Position numbers and translations under genes: made by a program
Shown: piece after piece, positions 23,845-37,100 of the stretch
How the letters are laid out: the number at the start of each line of letters is the position of its first letter
Numbering within the stretch: the stretch's first letter is position 1
The notes under the pieces: model-generated
Told to the model about the DNA's origin: nothing
What the model saw: the letters and a program-made list of their open reading frames with translations, nothing else
Databases searched by the model: none
From: Mobula hypostoma
Lineage: Eukaryota
Direction of reading: 5' to 3'
Length of the DNA: 64,000 nt
Assembly (NCBI RefSeq): GCF_963921235.1
Contig: NC_086109.1
Span: 28,212,001-28,276,000 of the forward strand

Positions 23845-26497
23845 GTGGACCAAAGGGAATTAGAGAAGCTTAAAGAGGAGCTGGCCAAAGTTGATTGGCA
23901 AAGGACACTAGTAGGGATGACACCAGAACAACAATGGTTGGCATTCCTGGGGGAAATTTGGAAGGCGCAGGGTAGATACATCCCAAAGATGAAGATGAGG
24001 CAACTGTGGCTGACAAGGGATGCCAGAGACAGCATAAAAGCAAAAAAAAAGGACATATATTATAGCAAAAAATAGTGGGAAGTTAGAGGATTAGGAAACT
24101 TTAACAAATCTAAAAGGGCAACAAAAAAAACATAAGGGGAAAAGATGAAATATGAAGGTACACTATCCAGTAGTATAAAAGAAGATACAGGTACCGAACA
24201 TTTTTTCAGACATCTAAAGAGTAAAAGAGAGGCGAGAGTGGATATCGGATCGCAGGAAAATGACACTGAAGACGTAGTCATGGGGGGGGGGAAGAAATAA
24301 TGAATAAACTTATGACTATTTTGTGTCAGTCTTCACTGTGGAAGACACTAGCAGTGTTCCAGAAATTCAAGAGTGTCAGGGGGTAGAAGTGAGTGCAGTT
24401 GTTATTACAAAGGAGAAGGTGCTTGGGAAGCTGAAAGGTCTGAAGATAGATATGTCACCTGGATCAGATGGTCTGCAGTCCAGAGTTAGTTTTGAAAGAG
24501 GTTGTGGAGGCATTAGTAATGATTTTTCAAGAATTGCGAGATTCTTGAATGGTTCCAGAAGGCTGGAAAATTACAAATGTCGCTCCTCTCTTTAAGAAGG
24601 GAGGGAGGCAGAAGCAAGGAAATTATAGGCCAGTTAGCTTGACTTCAGTGGTTGGTAACATGTTGGGATCCATTGTTAATCAATGGTTCAATGGTAATTT
24701 AGTATCAGAGAATGCATACAGTATACTACTTGGCTTAGCTGACGATGTCCACATCTTGTAAATAAATAAATAAATAAACAAATTCTTACTCTTCACAGAC
24801 ATCCATGAAACTGAAGAAAAACCCAGAAGAATGAATGACAGAAAACATTAGAACCCCCAACGCCCCCTCCCTCCTCCCATATGCAAGCAGCAGCTAATGC
24901 ATCAAACCCTCTCCACCATGCAAGCAATAGCAACCCCCCACCCGCCCCAGAGACCATGATCTAGAGTCCATCAAAGAAACTACTGACCATTCCAATACTT
25001 TGACATCGCACAGGCTCTTTCTCTTACTAATGAGGGAGAGAGAGGTATTGTTCCTGCCACAGAGCGGAGGCCAGCAGTTTACTGTTTTTTTTGTTACAAT
25101 CTGCAATGTCGCTTAGTTCGACAGCAGTGTACACTACTGTCTTGATGTTTCAATCTTCCGCAGTGCTTCAGTCGGCAACGCTGATGAGGAATTGAGTCGT
25201 CTAAAGCCCTTATCTTTCTGGCTGCTCCTGGAGATGCTGAAAACACAAGGCTGCTCGGTCAGATCCGAGAGGAGAACCCACTGCCGTGAAGAACTGCAGT
25301 AGATCATTGACACTGACAGGACCCCAGCCCCCTTGAAAAGGAAAGAAAAAACATTAAGGTGAAGAAATTGAACTGCTTTGTGGATGAACTGGAAGAAGTC
25401 GCCCTCTGGCTCCATCTTTAGCTCCTTCCTGAGGTCTCAGGGTGCTTGGACGCACATGATAAAGTAGTCGAAAGTCAATATGGTTTCCTTAAGGGGGAAT
25501 CTTACCTGACAAATCTGTTGGAATTCTTTGAGGAAATAGCAGGCAAGATAGACAAAGAAGAATCAGTGGATGTTGTTTACTTCGACTTTCAGAAAGCCTT
25601 TGACAAACTGCCACACATGAAGCTGCTAAGCAAGAGAGAAGTCCGTGGTATTACAGGAAAGATATGAGCGTGGGTGGAACATTGGCTGATTGGCAGGAGG
25701 CAAAGAGTGGGAATGAAGGAGGACTTTTCTGGTTGGCTGCCAGTGACTAGTGATGTTCCACATGGGTTGGTATTGGGACCACTTCTTTTCACGTTATATG
25801 TCAGATTTCAATGATGAAATTGATGACTTTGTGGCCAAGTTTGCAGATGATACAAATGCAGTGGGAGGGGCAGGTAGTGTTGAGGAAGCAGAGAGTATGT
25901 AGAAGGACAGACAGATTGGGAGAATAGGAAAAGAATTGGCAGATGGAATATAGTGTAGGGAATTGTTTGGTTTTGCCCTTTGATAGACGGAGTATCTAAA
26001 AAGAGAGAAAAGGGATTCAAAAATCTGAGTTTCCAAGGGACTTTGGAGTCCTTGTGCAGGATTCCCTAAAGATTAACTTTCAAGTTGAGCCAGGGGTAAG
26101 GAAGCCAAATGCAATGATAACTTTCATTTTGAGAGAACTATAATATAAGAGCAAGGATATGATGCAGAGGCTTTAAAAGGCATTGGTCAGACCGCACAGA
26201 GTATTGTGAGCAGTTTTGGGTCTCTTATCCAAGAAAAGATGTGCTGGCATTGGAGAGAGCCCAAAGGAGGTTCACGAGAATGATTACTGGAACAAAAGGG
26301 TTAATGTATGAGGCGTGTTTGTTGCCCCTGGTCCTATAGAAGAATGAAAGCGGGGGGGGGGGGAACTCTTATTGACATCTATCGAATATTGAAAGGCTTA
26401 GATAGAGTGGATGTGGAAAGGAAGTTTCCTATATGGAGTAAGTCTAGGACCAGAGGGCACAGCCTTAGAATAGAAGGATGTCAGTTTAGAACAGAAT
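23845..26497 (+). pseudogene. Degenerate CR1 LINE ORF2 (RT) interrupted by an insertion at 24679-25428
   Basis: NYRPVSLTSVVG, GFLKGESYLTNLLEFFEE, DVVYFDFQKAFDK and KFADD motifs with many frameshifts. Confidence 0.9.
24679..25428 (-). mobile_element. Non-autonomous retroelement (AAGATGG 5' end) inserted into CR1
   Basis: CR1 sequence resumes on both sides; homologous along its length to 63075-63906. Confidence 0.7.
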
Positions 26498-27761
26498 GAA
26501 ACTTGTCTCAATTTTCTCGTATCTTTGTAATTATTTTCCTATTAAGTGCTGATCCAATTCCATTTTTAAACCAGAATTGAATCTGTGTCCAATACCTTGT
26601 CAACCAATGCTTTCCAGATGTTAACAGCTCTTGTGGGTAAAAACAATCTTCATTTTACCTTTGTTTTTCTTAAAATGAGTCCTATTCTTCTCAACAGTTG
26701 CATTGTTATAAATAGTTAACCTCTATGTATTTAGCTACAGTCTCTCATTATTTTGATCTTTTTGCCTTCCGTGCTCAAAGGAGATCAATTCAAGTTTTGA
26801 GACTTTTCCTGTTACTTTAAGTCTTCTGTCCCTGGAAACATTCTCTTAAATCTTGTCGGCAATCCCTCCAAGACTTTCACATTTTTCTTATAGGCCAGTG
26901 ACCAGTATTGGTTGCAAGTTTCCAGCTTATAAGCATCAGGGGAGTGCTTTTATGGCTTTTGTATTAATGAAGCAGCCATAAACATTATATTAGAGTGAGA
27001 TCCTGTGACTGATGAATTCAGCAAATACATGATATTTGTAAGACATGTTGGTATTATAAGTCTGAGGTGTCTATTACTAACTTCAGTGAAACACTGGGTG
27101 TTAATATCACCCTCTGGGCTTGTAATAACAATAATGTCTTATCAAAATAATGTTATTATTATTACAAACAGAATTGAGATTCTATGTGTAAATTGACTTA
27201 CAGTAAATTTTGTTTTGCTGGGTGGCAGTCTTGCACTATCAGTATAGTGACAGCGCTCCCCTTAAAGTTACCACTTCTCCTATCGGTGTCATAATAATTT
27301 TTACGTGCACCCTGTGACTTTATAACCCCAGGTTATATGATCTCAGTTAGCTGGTTAGCAGTGGAGATATGGTCAGTCTTGAAACATTTCACTGATGAAG
27401 CGGTTAGATTATTTGACAGAATAAGTAACACTGACAACTAATCTTCGAGAAAATTAAATCTTGCTTTCATTTTAAAGATTGTGGCTGGGAATGTTCCTGT
27501 GTGAATCTTCAGATTAATAGCTAAATGACTGAATGAGAAATGCAAAACTACTTTCAGGATTTCCGGGGATTCATTGGGAGAACCCCTGAGAAATTCTAAA
27601 TGCTTGTTTCATTAACTTGTTATAGATTTCTAATCCCACCACCATGATCTGAAAGGGACAATAATTCAAAGTATTGATGCAGGAACACAAACTCTCTGCT
27701 GTCTGAGCCAGGCAGCAAAGTAAGTGCCAGAATATCACTGATGACTGAGCATTGAATCACA

Positions 27762-28352
27762 ATGAGAATCAAGTTTCTTATCGCTGACACATGTCGTGAA
27801 TTCTGTTCTTTTGCAGCAGCAGTGCATAAAATAAACTATAAACTATAATAAGAAGTATGTTTTTAAAATTAAATAAGTACTGCAAAAAGAGAGAAAAATA
27901 GTTAGGTAATATTCTTGGCTTCATGGTCTATTCAGAAATTTGATGGGGGAGGGGAAAGAGCTGTTCCTCGGCATTGAGTGTGTGTCTTCAGACTCCTGGA
28001 CCTCCTCTGTGAAGGTAGTAATGTGGAATGGGCCAGCCCTGGGTGGTGGGATTACTTGATGAACAGGGTCTTTTTGAGGTATCACCTCTTGAAGTTGTCC
28101 TCGATGGTGGGGAGGCTAGTGCTCGTGCTGGAGCTGGCAGGGTTTGCAAACTTCTGCAGCTTTTATTGATCCTGTGCAATGTCGCCTTCTTACCATTTGG
28201 TGATGCAACCGCGGTTCATCTGTAGATATTTGCTACAGTCTTTAGTAACATACCAAATTTCCTCAAAATCCTAATGAAGTATAGCCACTGGAGTGCCCTC
28301 TTCATAATTGCATCAATATGTTGGACCCAGAGTGGATATTGAGAGATGTTGA
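27762..28352 (-). mobile_element. Rex1/Babar 3' fragment
   Basis: Homologous to the 10370 and 11062 copies. Confidence 0.7.
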
Positions 28353-29068
28353 TGTTGGAAGGAAAACAAACAATAATAACCACTGCTTTTGCTTTGGGTG
28401 AATTCGAGCTTTAGAGTGACCATTTATAGAAAATTCATAAGAACAGTTTGGCTCAAATCTAATCATTCCGTAGACTAGTAATCTGTAGAAATTCACAAGG
28501 CAGGCAAACATTTGAAGGATAAAACATTGACGATGAGATATTGGTATCGCGGTACATAGAAACATTTCACATGAACAAGAATAAGGCAAAGTCAGTTCAG
28601 AGTGGAAAGGAAGGAACTGGACTTTATTAGTTTTCTGAACAACAACTCTGATTAGTATGCTGCCACAAATTTGTTAAAATATTCCCAGACCCTCCACAGG
28701 ACTATCAAATAAAATATGGCACAAAGATGATCAGCATCTTAAGTGAAGAGAGAGAAGTAGTTTTGCTGTGATGCTCAGCAAGAACATTTCACTGCCTAGG
28801 ATGCAGGCTGAAGGGAAGGTTGTCAGTAATGTAGCAGGGGTTCTAAAGAGACCGAAGTTAGGGAAGTACAGAAACACTGATGTTATGCAGGGCTAGAGGA
28901 AGCTCTCAAAGTGGAAAGATATTCAGCCAGGCAGAGATTTGTATTTTATTTTGAAGTTTTTAAAGTTGGATCATTTCTGGATTAAATGTCAATGAAGAGT
29001 AATGAGCCCAGGGATGATTGGTAATAAGAGCTGGTGTGATCAAGGATCTGTGGGGCAAGCTTTTCTAA

Positions 29069-29520
29069 GACCATCAAACCAGAAGACATAAGATACAGGA
29101 GCAGAGTTTGGCTGTTCAGCCCATTAAGTCTACTCTGCCATTCAATTGTGGCTGATCTATTATCCCTCTCAACCCCATTCTCCTGTCTTCTCCGCATAAT
29201 CTTTGACACTCTTCTTACAAGAACCTCTGCTTTAAATATACCCAATGAAAGCCTCCACTCCTGTCTGTGACAATGAATTCCACAGATTTACCACACTCTG
29301 GATAAAGATATTCCTCCTCATCTCTGTTCCAAAGGGGTGTCCCTCTATTCTGAGGCTGGGCCCTCTGGTCCTAGGCACCCCATTATAAGAAACATCTTCT
29401 CCATGTCCATACTATCTAGGCCTTTCAATATTCAATAGGTTTCAATGAGAGCCCCCCCAATTCTTATAAACTCCAGCAGAGGTCAGGCCCAGAGCCATCA
29501 AGCACTGTTCAAACATTGAC
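29069..29520 (-). mobile_element. CR1/HER1 3' fragment
   Basis: (TCTTATG)-like tail; GIFKAE...ENGVER remnant. Confidence 0.8.
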
Positions 29521-30047
29521 ATCATTGGCTGGACACCAGATTCTTTGAAAAATCAATACAAGAGGCAAAATAGGCATGGCTGGCAGTTTAGTATGTTATG
29601 AGCCATGACAGAGATGGGATCAGGTCATGCTCTTGAGGTGAAAGTAAGCAGAAATACTCCATTGAAAGGCTTAACAACTCCAGTTTTAAAGGCAATATCC
29701 AAATGTAACATCTCTGCTGACGCTTAAATGCTGCAGTATTTCCGTACCTCTTAAAGACAATTGCTGATAATTTTGCTGCTTGCATTCCAGAATTACGCAT
29801 AGTCAGTCTAAGCATATTTCCTCCCCTCACAAAATCAGCTGCCAACAACAAGAAGACTTTGGTTTTGATCGTAACTCCTTCTGACACCAAAAAAGAGGAA
29901 GGACCAATTCTCAGAAAGTCTGACAGTGAAAATCTAAAATGAAGGCAAGGCAGGTTTATTTGTATAGCACTTTTCAAACACAAGGCAGTTCAAAGCACTT
30001 TACATAAAACAGGATATAAAAATCAAACATCAAATTTCAGACAATAT

Positions 30048-30437
30048 AAGGAGCGTCCATTATTAAGGACCTCCAGCACCCAGGGGCATGCCCTTTTCTC
30101 ACAGTTGCCATCAGGAGGGAGGTACAGAAGCCTGAAGGCACACACTCAGTGATTCAGGAACAGCTTCCCCTCTGCCATCCGATTCCTAAGTGGACATTGA
30201 AGCTTTGGATGCTACCTCACCTCTTTAATATACAGTATTTCTGTTTTTGCATTTTTAAAATCTATTCAATATACATAATTGATTTACTTGTTTATTTATT
30301 ATTACGTTTTATTTTATTTATTATTATCATTATTTCTTTTTTCTTCCCTCTCTGCTAGATTATGTATTGCATTGAACTACTGCTGCTAAGTTAACAAATT
30401 TCAGGTCACAGCCAGTGAAAATAAACCTGATTCTGAT
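30048..30437 (+). mobile_element. Rex1/Babar 3' fragment nested in the L2 3' UTR
   Basis: IIKDLQHP..ALFSQLPSGRRYRSLKAHTQ.FRNSF.SAIRFL-like remnant; tail aaataaacctgattctga. Confidence 0.8.
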
Positions 30438-31261
30438 GAAGTCACACAAAAATTAGATATGATAAATAGAAGTTACAGTGCAGGAGAATCTAATTAAAAA
30501 CTACAGCGAAAAGAAAAGTTTTAAGCCTCAATTTAAAAGCTTAAAGTTATGGGACAGACTTCAGATCCTCTGGAAGTTATACCAGATATGTGGAGCATAG
30601 TAACTAAAATCTGCTTCACCAAGTTTGGCTTTGACTCTGGGAACAGTAAGCAGACCTTCCTCAGACAACCTGAGAGCACGAAAAGATCCATAATGAAGCA
30701 AGATTTTGGAGATGTATTTTGGCCCTAGACCATTCAGTGCTTTATAAACCAGCAGCGACATTTTGAAGTCAGTCCTGTGACAGACAGGAGGCCAGTGTAG
30801 TGATTTGATAACTGGAGTGATACATACTACTTTCTTGGTCTTAGTGAGGACTCCAGCAGCAACGTTCTGAATGAGCTGCAGGTATCTGAGGGATTTTTTA
30901 CAGAGACCTATGAAAACACCTTCTCAGTAGCGAAGCCTACTAAAAATAAAAACATGGACGAGTTTTACTAGATCTTGCTGAGACTTAATCCCTTTAACTC
31001 TCACTATATTTTTAAGATGGTAGTAGGCAGACTTTGTAATTGTCAATGCAACAGTTAAAATTTAAGTCAGAGTCCATCACAACACCAAGGTTTCTGGCTT
31101 GGTTTGTGGACTGTAACAACAAGGATTCTAAGTGACCACTGACTTTTAATCATGCTTTTTTGGCACCAAAAATAATTATTTCAGTTTTCTCTTTGTTTAA
31201 CTGGAGGAAATTTTGGCACATCCAGTCAGTGGTTTGTTCAATACAGATTTTAGTGATTGTA

Positions 31262-31645
31262 TAGGCAGATTGGGCTCATCAGCCATGGTTGGCAGCTCAT
31301 CGAGGACAAGGAAAACTCTGATCTCAAGCCTCCGCTACCTTGCTGCTATACCCACTCATGGAGAAGGCTTTGGGAGTAAACCCCGAGGGAAAAATCCAGA
31401 ACTGGACTCCCTAGGGCAGTCCTACATTGAGTTCAACGCTGACTGGCAGCTCCTGCAATGCTGCTGGTACCAAACTGTACTGGTCTCTGCCTTTGGGTTC
31501 ATCAGTTGCACGGAGAGGGGAAGCTTGCTACATGGGCAACAGCTTGCTCCTCCGTGTCGTACCGCCCGGGCTTGTGTATCTAGACAGCTAGGACACAATA
31601 TCTATGGTCAACTCTGACCCACGGAGGCCCTCATCTCACCTCACG
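31262..31645 (+). mobile_element. RTE-5'UTR-like SINE nested in the L2 ORF
   Basis: L2 reading frame (..DDGP|IQSL..) resumes across it; second copy at 260-380. Confidence 0.65.
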
Positions 31646-32010
31646 TGGGACCATCGTCACTTGATGATACTGTAATATAAATCTGAGTGTCAACCGCATA
31701 ATTATGGTAAGATATTTTGTTGTTTACCATTATTTGAGCTAGGGGGAGTATGGATATGTTAAATAGGAGAAGCCTAGAATGGATCCCTGAGGCACATCTG
31801 CATAGCATTTTTGCTTGGTCAGATACGTAGCTACCAATCGACACAAAATAGTCCCTATCCTGTAAGTATGACTTAAACCACTTCAGGACTGTACTGAGAA
31901 GTCCCACCCTGTTTTCTAGCCTGTCTAGTAATACACCATAATCAGCTGTGTCAAAAGCAGCACTGAGATCCAGTAGAACCAAAATTGAAAACAGAAACGG
32001 AGATGACATC

Positions 32011-32726
32011 TGTTACAATGAGCGGCTGAGGAAGCGGAAGAAGTGGACCCAAGAGCAGGACACAGGCACTGAGACTTGACACGGAGATGAATTTGGACAT
32101 GACTTGGACTCGGAACTTGACTTGGACTTGACTAGACCTGGACACGAAGCCTTGACTTGGACTGGACACTTGGAGCCTTGGACTAGGACTCAGAGCCTTG
32201 ACTTGGACTGGGACTCGGAGCCAACAAAACAAAACAACCACAGACCTCTCACATCCCAGCTCAGAGCAGCAGCAAAACGGCTGGACCCACTCAGCAGGAA
32301 ACGAGGCAACAAAAACAAACAACAACAGACAAAACGTATTTGGATACGGAGAAGTTCATAAAGGGGTCCTTTATTCTTGGCGGCTTGGAAGATGGTCCCT
32401 TATTCCTGGCGGCTCGGAACATTCATCGCCGCCCAGACTACAGTGACGTACTGGCCTCTTGACTCGAAGCTGGAACAGTGGATGACAGGCTCTCGACTCG
32501 ACCCAGGAGCTGCGACCGGTAGGCTCTCGACTCGACTCATTGTCGGCAGCCTGGAACGAGCATAGCCATCTTGCTGAGGTGACAAACCAGCACCAAGTAG
32601 ATGTAAGCCGACGCTTTAATGCTGACCCATTCGAATAAGGATCAGGTGCCCTAATCAAGGAGCCCAGTGGAACACTGGGAAAAGGAAATTAACTGAAACA
32701 AGGAATCAACAGACCGGACCGTGACA
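32011..32726 (-). mobile_element. Solo LTR, second family
   Basis: TGTTACA...GTGACA termini; 5-bp TSD ACATC (32006-32010 / 32727-32731); internal gacttggac-type repeats. Confidence 0.85.
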
Positions 32727-33457
32727 ACATCATGCTGGAGGTGGTACTGAAAGTACTGTTGGATGATCTGTTGGAGTAAAAATAATAGTGGAGTGGAAGA
32801 AAGGATGGGACAAGAAAAATGAAGCAGAAGAACTGAAATAGAATAGGTATCCTCAATGGGAAACATATAGTCAAAGTGCAGGGATGGAATGTAGCAAATA
32901 TGCTGATAAAGAGAAATTACTTGGTTTGAATGGATCTCCGCTGGTAACCTTCACAGCCATCTGTTACCTTTACAGAAGCATACTCAGAATTGTTCCTTCC
33001 AATTTGAAATCACTTGGCTACTCTAGGGGAAAACACTACCCTTGTGAATCTAATTGTAATAGTACACTTAAGTCTCCCAGAACTGATGCTTCACAGCCCA
33101 CTTCATGTAGCACATTAATCATGAAAACTTCTCGATGCATAAACAGCATTTTTTGTAAGTGAGACGTTACATGCTGCAACATGCGCTTCATGCTTTCAAG
33201 GATACTTTGTGTACTTCGCTGCATATTTTGAGTAGTGGGTATTGCTATATTGGTAATTAGGTTTATTATTGTCACATGTACTGAGGGGTGGTGAAAACTT
33301 AGCTTGCGTGCTGTCCATACATAACATCCTGGAATTTCCCATTCAACAGTGGGAACATCTTCAAATATAGTCCAAATCAATTCAATAGGGAGGCTGACTA
33401 TTATCTTCTCAAAGACAGTAGCCTGTTAACTACTGATGATAGCCATGCTGGCAATAG

Positions 33458-33531
33458 ACATAGAAAATAAAACATAGAACAGTATAGCACAATACAGTCC
33501 TTCGGCTCACGATTTTGTGCCGACCCTTTAA
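33458..33531 (-). mobile_element. CR1/HER1 tail-only insertion
   Basis: catagaacagtatagcacaatacagtccttcggctcac. Confidence 0.7.
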
Positions 33532-33625
33532 CCCAATGCAACAAAAATGAAGGTGTGTGTGAGTTGGAGAGGTGTGTGGTTTGGAGATATTTGTGCCTTC
33601 ACCCACACTCTTCCTTTATCCTTCT

Positions 33626-34121
33626 TATTTAGTTGCTACCTGTTACGCTGCTGGCGTTTAGGGCAGCCAGCAATGAATTTGCTCCAACTCTATCTGTCTT
33701 TAACCACCCTCTCTATGGCGCCCCCGGTGTGGTTTAGGGTACATTCCAGAAACCAGTTTTGGTCTTGATCTTGGCAGTGTTCAGAGCCTTCCTTCATTGT
33801 GCCAGTAGCTTCCTGTCAGTTTTCACTACTGTCAGCCATGCAAGCCCTGGGTGGAGTGTCAGGATATAGGATTCCTCATTGCTATTTCTGTTAACAATTT
33901 ATTTTTGGCCAGTCAAGGTCGTAAACTTTGAGCTGAACTCCGGAACTTGGAGGACCAGCGGACCACTCTTAGTATGGCCTCTACCCTTTGACCTGCTTGG
34001 ATGGGTGACCCTACCAAGAGCCAAAGCACAAGGTCCTGTCTCCTGCCAACATAGCTCTCCAGGTTATCGAGGCACACAAACCTCTAAACCCTATGACAAG
34101 GTAGTGGTACTCTTGAAGACC
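33626..34121 (-). mobile_element. RTE-derived SINE, family B
   Basis: 5' end accactaccttgtcatagggtttagaggtttgtgtgcctcgataacctggagagctatg (RTE-type); 10-bp TSD ttatccttct (33616-33625 / 34122-34131). Confidence 0.75.
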
Positions 34122-37100
34122 TTATCCTTCTAGATAGTAAATTATTGTTTATACATTCACAGGATGTCACAAGTACCCAAACCAACAGCTCTAAAAATGA
34201 GTGGCTTGCTGGTCAGTTGTTGTTGGACACAGATTTCTATATAAGCAAGATACAGGTCAAGATGACAGCATTCCTTCTCTAGAGAACAGCAGTAAATTGA
34301 ATGCTTTTCTTTAAAAACAACTCAGTAGCTTAATGAACATCGCGCTCTTCACTGGATGGCACGTGTGTGAAGTAGGCTCAGTTAAACTATGTTCATCCAG
34401 GGTCAGCTGCTCCAGCCTTCCTGTCCTCTTAACACAATCATACAGGAGTTCTGGGCAGACAGTAATCTGGAAATAAATCAGTCATTAGTTGGTACGAATT
34501 TGTGGTTTTTCTCTGAAGTGGGAAGGAGCAAAGCTGTTCCTCTAAGCTCTACCGTAAAAAAGTTCAAACTTGTCATTCCATTGGCAGCCTGACTGATTTT
34601 CCAAGTGCAAGCAAACATATCTATTCGGGTTATGTAAATAAATTCATAATCATGTGATTAAGCATGCAAATATTATTTCATACTCCGGTTGTTTCACTTG
34701 TGTATATGTGATCTAATTGTTTAGGGCTCAATCTGTTGCACTCAAATTGCAGGATGACTGGCTACTTGGATGGATATTGAAGGATCATTATAATGATATT
34801 AAATTGTGATTGATTGCTTGTCTGCATAATCTGTAATTCTTGCTGAGCACATGAAATCTAAGGAGTGGATATATCCGTTTATAAAGTAAAGAGCTGAATT
34901 GAAGCACATAGATGACAAAATGCTGCTGACTGAAGAGACATTCAGATTTCAATTTTAACTCTCCAATAGATGGGGCAGACTACTGGCAGGAAGAATAGTG
35001 GCCAGTAGAGAGTGACTGATGGCTATTTTTGCAGGAAGTTCTTCAATCTCATTACCACTTTGTCATATTAAATTCTTGTATCCGAACCAATTAGGCTGAT
35101 TGGGTGCAGTGATAACAGGCATGGGTATGCACCCACTTTCCTCTTGGTATTTGAAGGCACATTGCAAAAGGGGTTAGCTCCAGGGCTTGTTAGCGGTTAA
35201 AGCCCGGAGGTCAAAGTCCTGAAGTTGAAGACTCCAGAGGTCAAAGCTTAGTGTCTGGAATCATCTAGATCAGTGATCCCTGTGCATTTGTGAGAACAAG
35301 GACTGGAAATCAAAGGCCCGAGGCGGCCTGTCCTGGGGTTGGAAGCCTGACCGTATGTGCGGGTGGGAAAAGGGCTTGCTTTGACTGTCTAATTTAGTTT
35401 CCATGTTTTTGTTGTTGTTGTTCTTGTTGCTTGTATGTTGGCTGTGTGATGTTCTGCTGAACATTGTGGGCAGGCTATGCTGGCATGGAATGTGTGGCGA
35501 CGTTTGTGGCTTGCCGCCAGCACATCCTTAACTTGTGTTGGATGTTAACGCAGACAGCATGTTTCACGGTATGTTCAGATATACATATGATAAAATAAAT
35601 CTAGTCTAATTTACAGACCAATCAATTGACCAAATGGACAGGAGTCAAGCCAAGGTAGTACCTGTAGGAGAAAGGATGAAATCAATGGTGAATAGAAAAA
35701 GTATTATCCATAAACATTGATTTCTTGGTCTTCCCCTGTACTGATTCCACTTTAAGTAGGGCTATTTCACACGAGCTAAACCAGGCAGTTTCTATTCCAT
35801 GGCTCCACATGAACAACAACCTCTTTTGGATCAAGTAAAATGGTGCCTGCAGTCACAATGGATTTCATTAGTTAGGGCCAATTCTATGAGGTGATTTTAA
35901 ATAATGTTATCGATTGATGGAACAGAGTCTCATTTGTCTGGGCAACACAATCAATCGAAGAGTTGCCTCATTTCTAGATTTGACTCATTTGTAAGGAAAT
36001 GCAGACTGCAAATGTTACTGCTGTTAATAGAAGGCAGGTCATTACTACTTTGGTGAGCCTAAGATTTGACAAGCTAATTATTGATTTAAAAGTATTTGAA
36101 AGCAACTTGCTGGAGCCTGGAACTTCCCTCTCGACAATACTGTAGGAGCATCTTTATCATGCTGGCTGCAACAGTTTGCGAAGGCAGCTCGCTGCTTGTT
36201 GCTGGAGAAAAATTATGAAAGGATCATAAATGGGCAACAAATGGTAGAGTTTTCAAAGATAATCAGTGAAGTATCTCTAATCAAAGGAGCAAATTGTTTT
36301 CATTCCCATTCATACATCTGAGCCTCAGTACTACCAACCCGTCACCGATAGAGCAGGGTGAGGCATGTCAAGTCATACTGGATATTAGCAGTGGAAGAAA
36401 AAGCTGAATCATGTCTGGATGAGTAGTAAGGTTCTTCAGCCTGACTGCAAAGGTAAGAAAAAGCTCAACACAACAACTGCCATAATTCTCTGCACAGTCT
36501 GGAACACTGCAGTTTACGTTCAAACGTTCACAGCACCAGTCTCTGCTCCAAGAATATATAAAGATATTTCTTTCTCCTTACAGCTACATCCTGAACATCT
36601 GTTACTGACTTCACAGTTCACCCACTTGCCCACATGTCCTCCATCTTGCCCATTCTAAGTTGCCACCCAGAACTTGAAAATCTCACAACCACTGCACCCC
36701 CCATATCACCTGCTTGTGAAACTCACACAAAATGTGACGTAACATTACATTGTTCAATTTAAATAGTGGATCCAGACATTGACCAGAATTTATTGCACCT
36801 CATCAATTGCTATTGAGAAAGCTGCAGTGAACCAGTTTTTAAAAAAAACTCGCACTCCGTATTGTGAAGCTAACTCCACCATGCTCATAAGAGTGGAGTA
36901 CCAGGATTCTTCCCAAGTACCAATAAAGGAATGGCACCTACAGTTTCAGGTCAGCATACTGTAAGACCTGTGAGGTAGGGGTTCATTTAGAATTGGTGGT
37001 GTTCCCACGTGTCTGTCAACATTGTCACTCCAGGCTTCAGAGACCGCAGGCTTTGGGAGGAGTTGCCGAAAAGGTCTGGTCAAGTTGCTACTGCTAATCT

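Larger units (their letters stand above)
29943..31990 (-). mobile_element. L2-clade LINE, 5'-truncated, interrupted by a Rex1 fragment and an RTE-like SINE
   Basis: [73 protein letters not shown]; tail aagtgctatacaaataaacctgccttgcctt. Confidence 0.9.

Noticed and set aside
27559..27725. Plus-strand exon ending at a GTAAGT donor
   Set aside because: Stops occur in all frames and no partner exons were found; such sites arise by chance.
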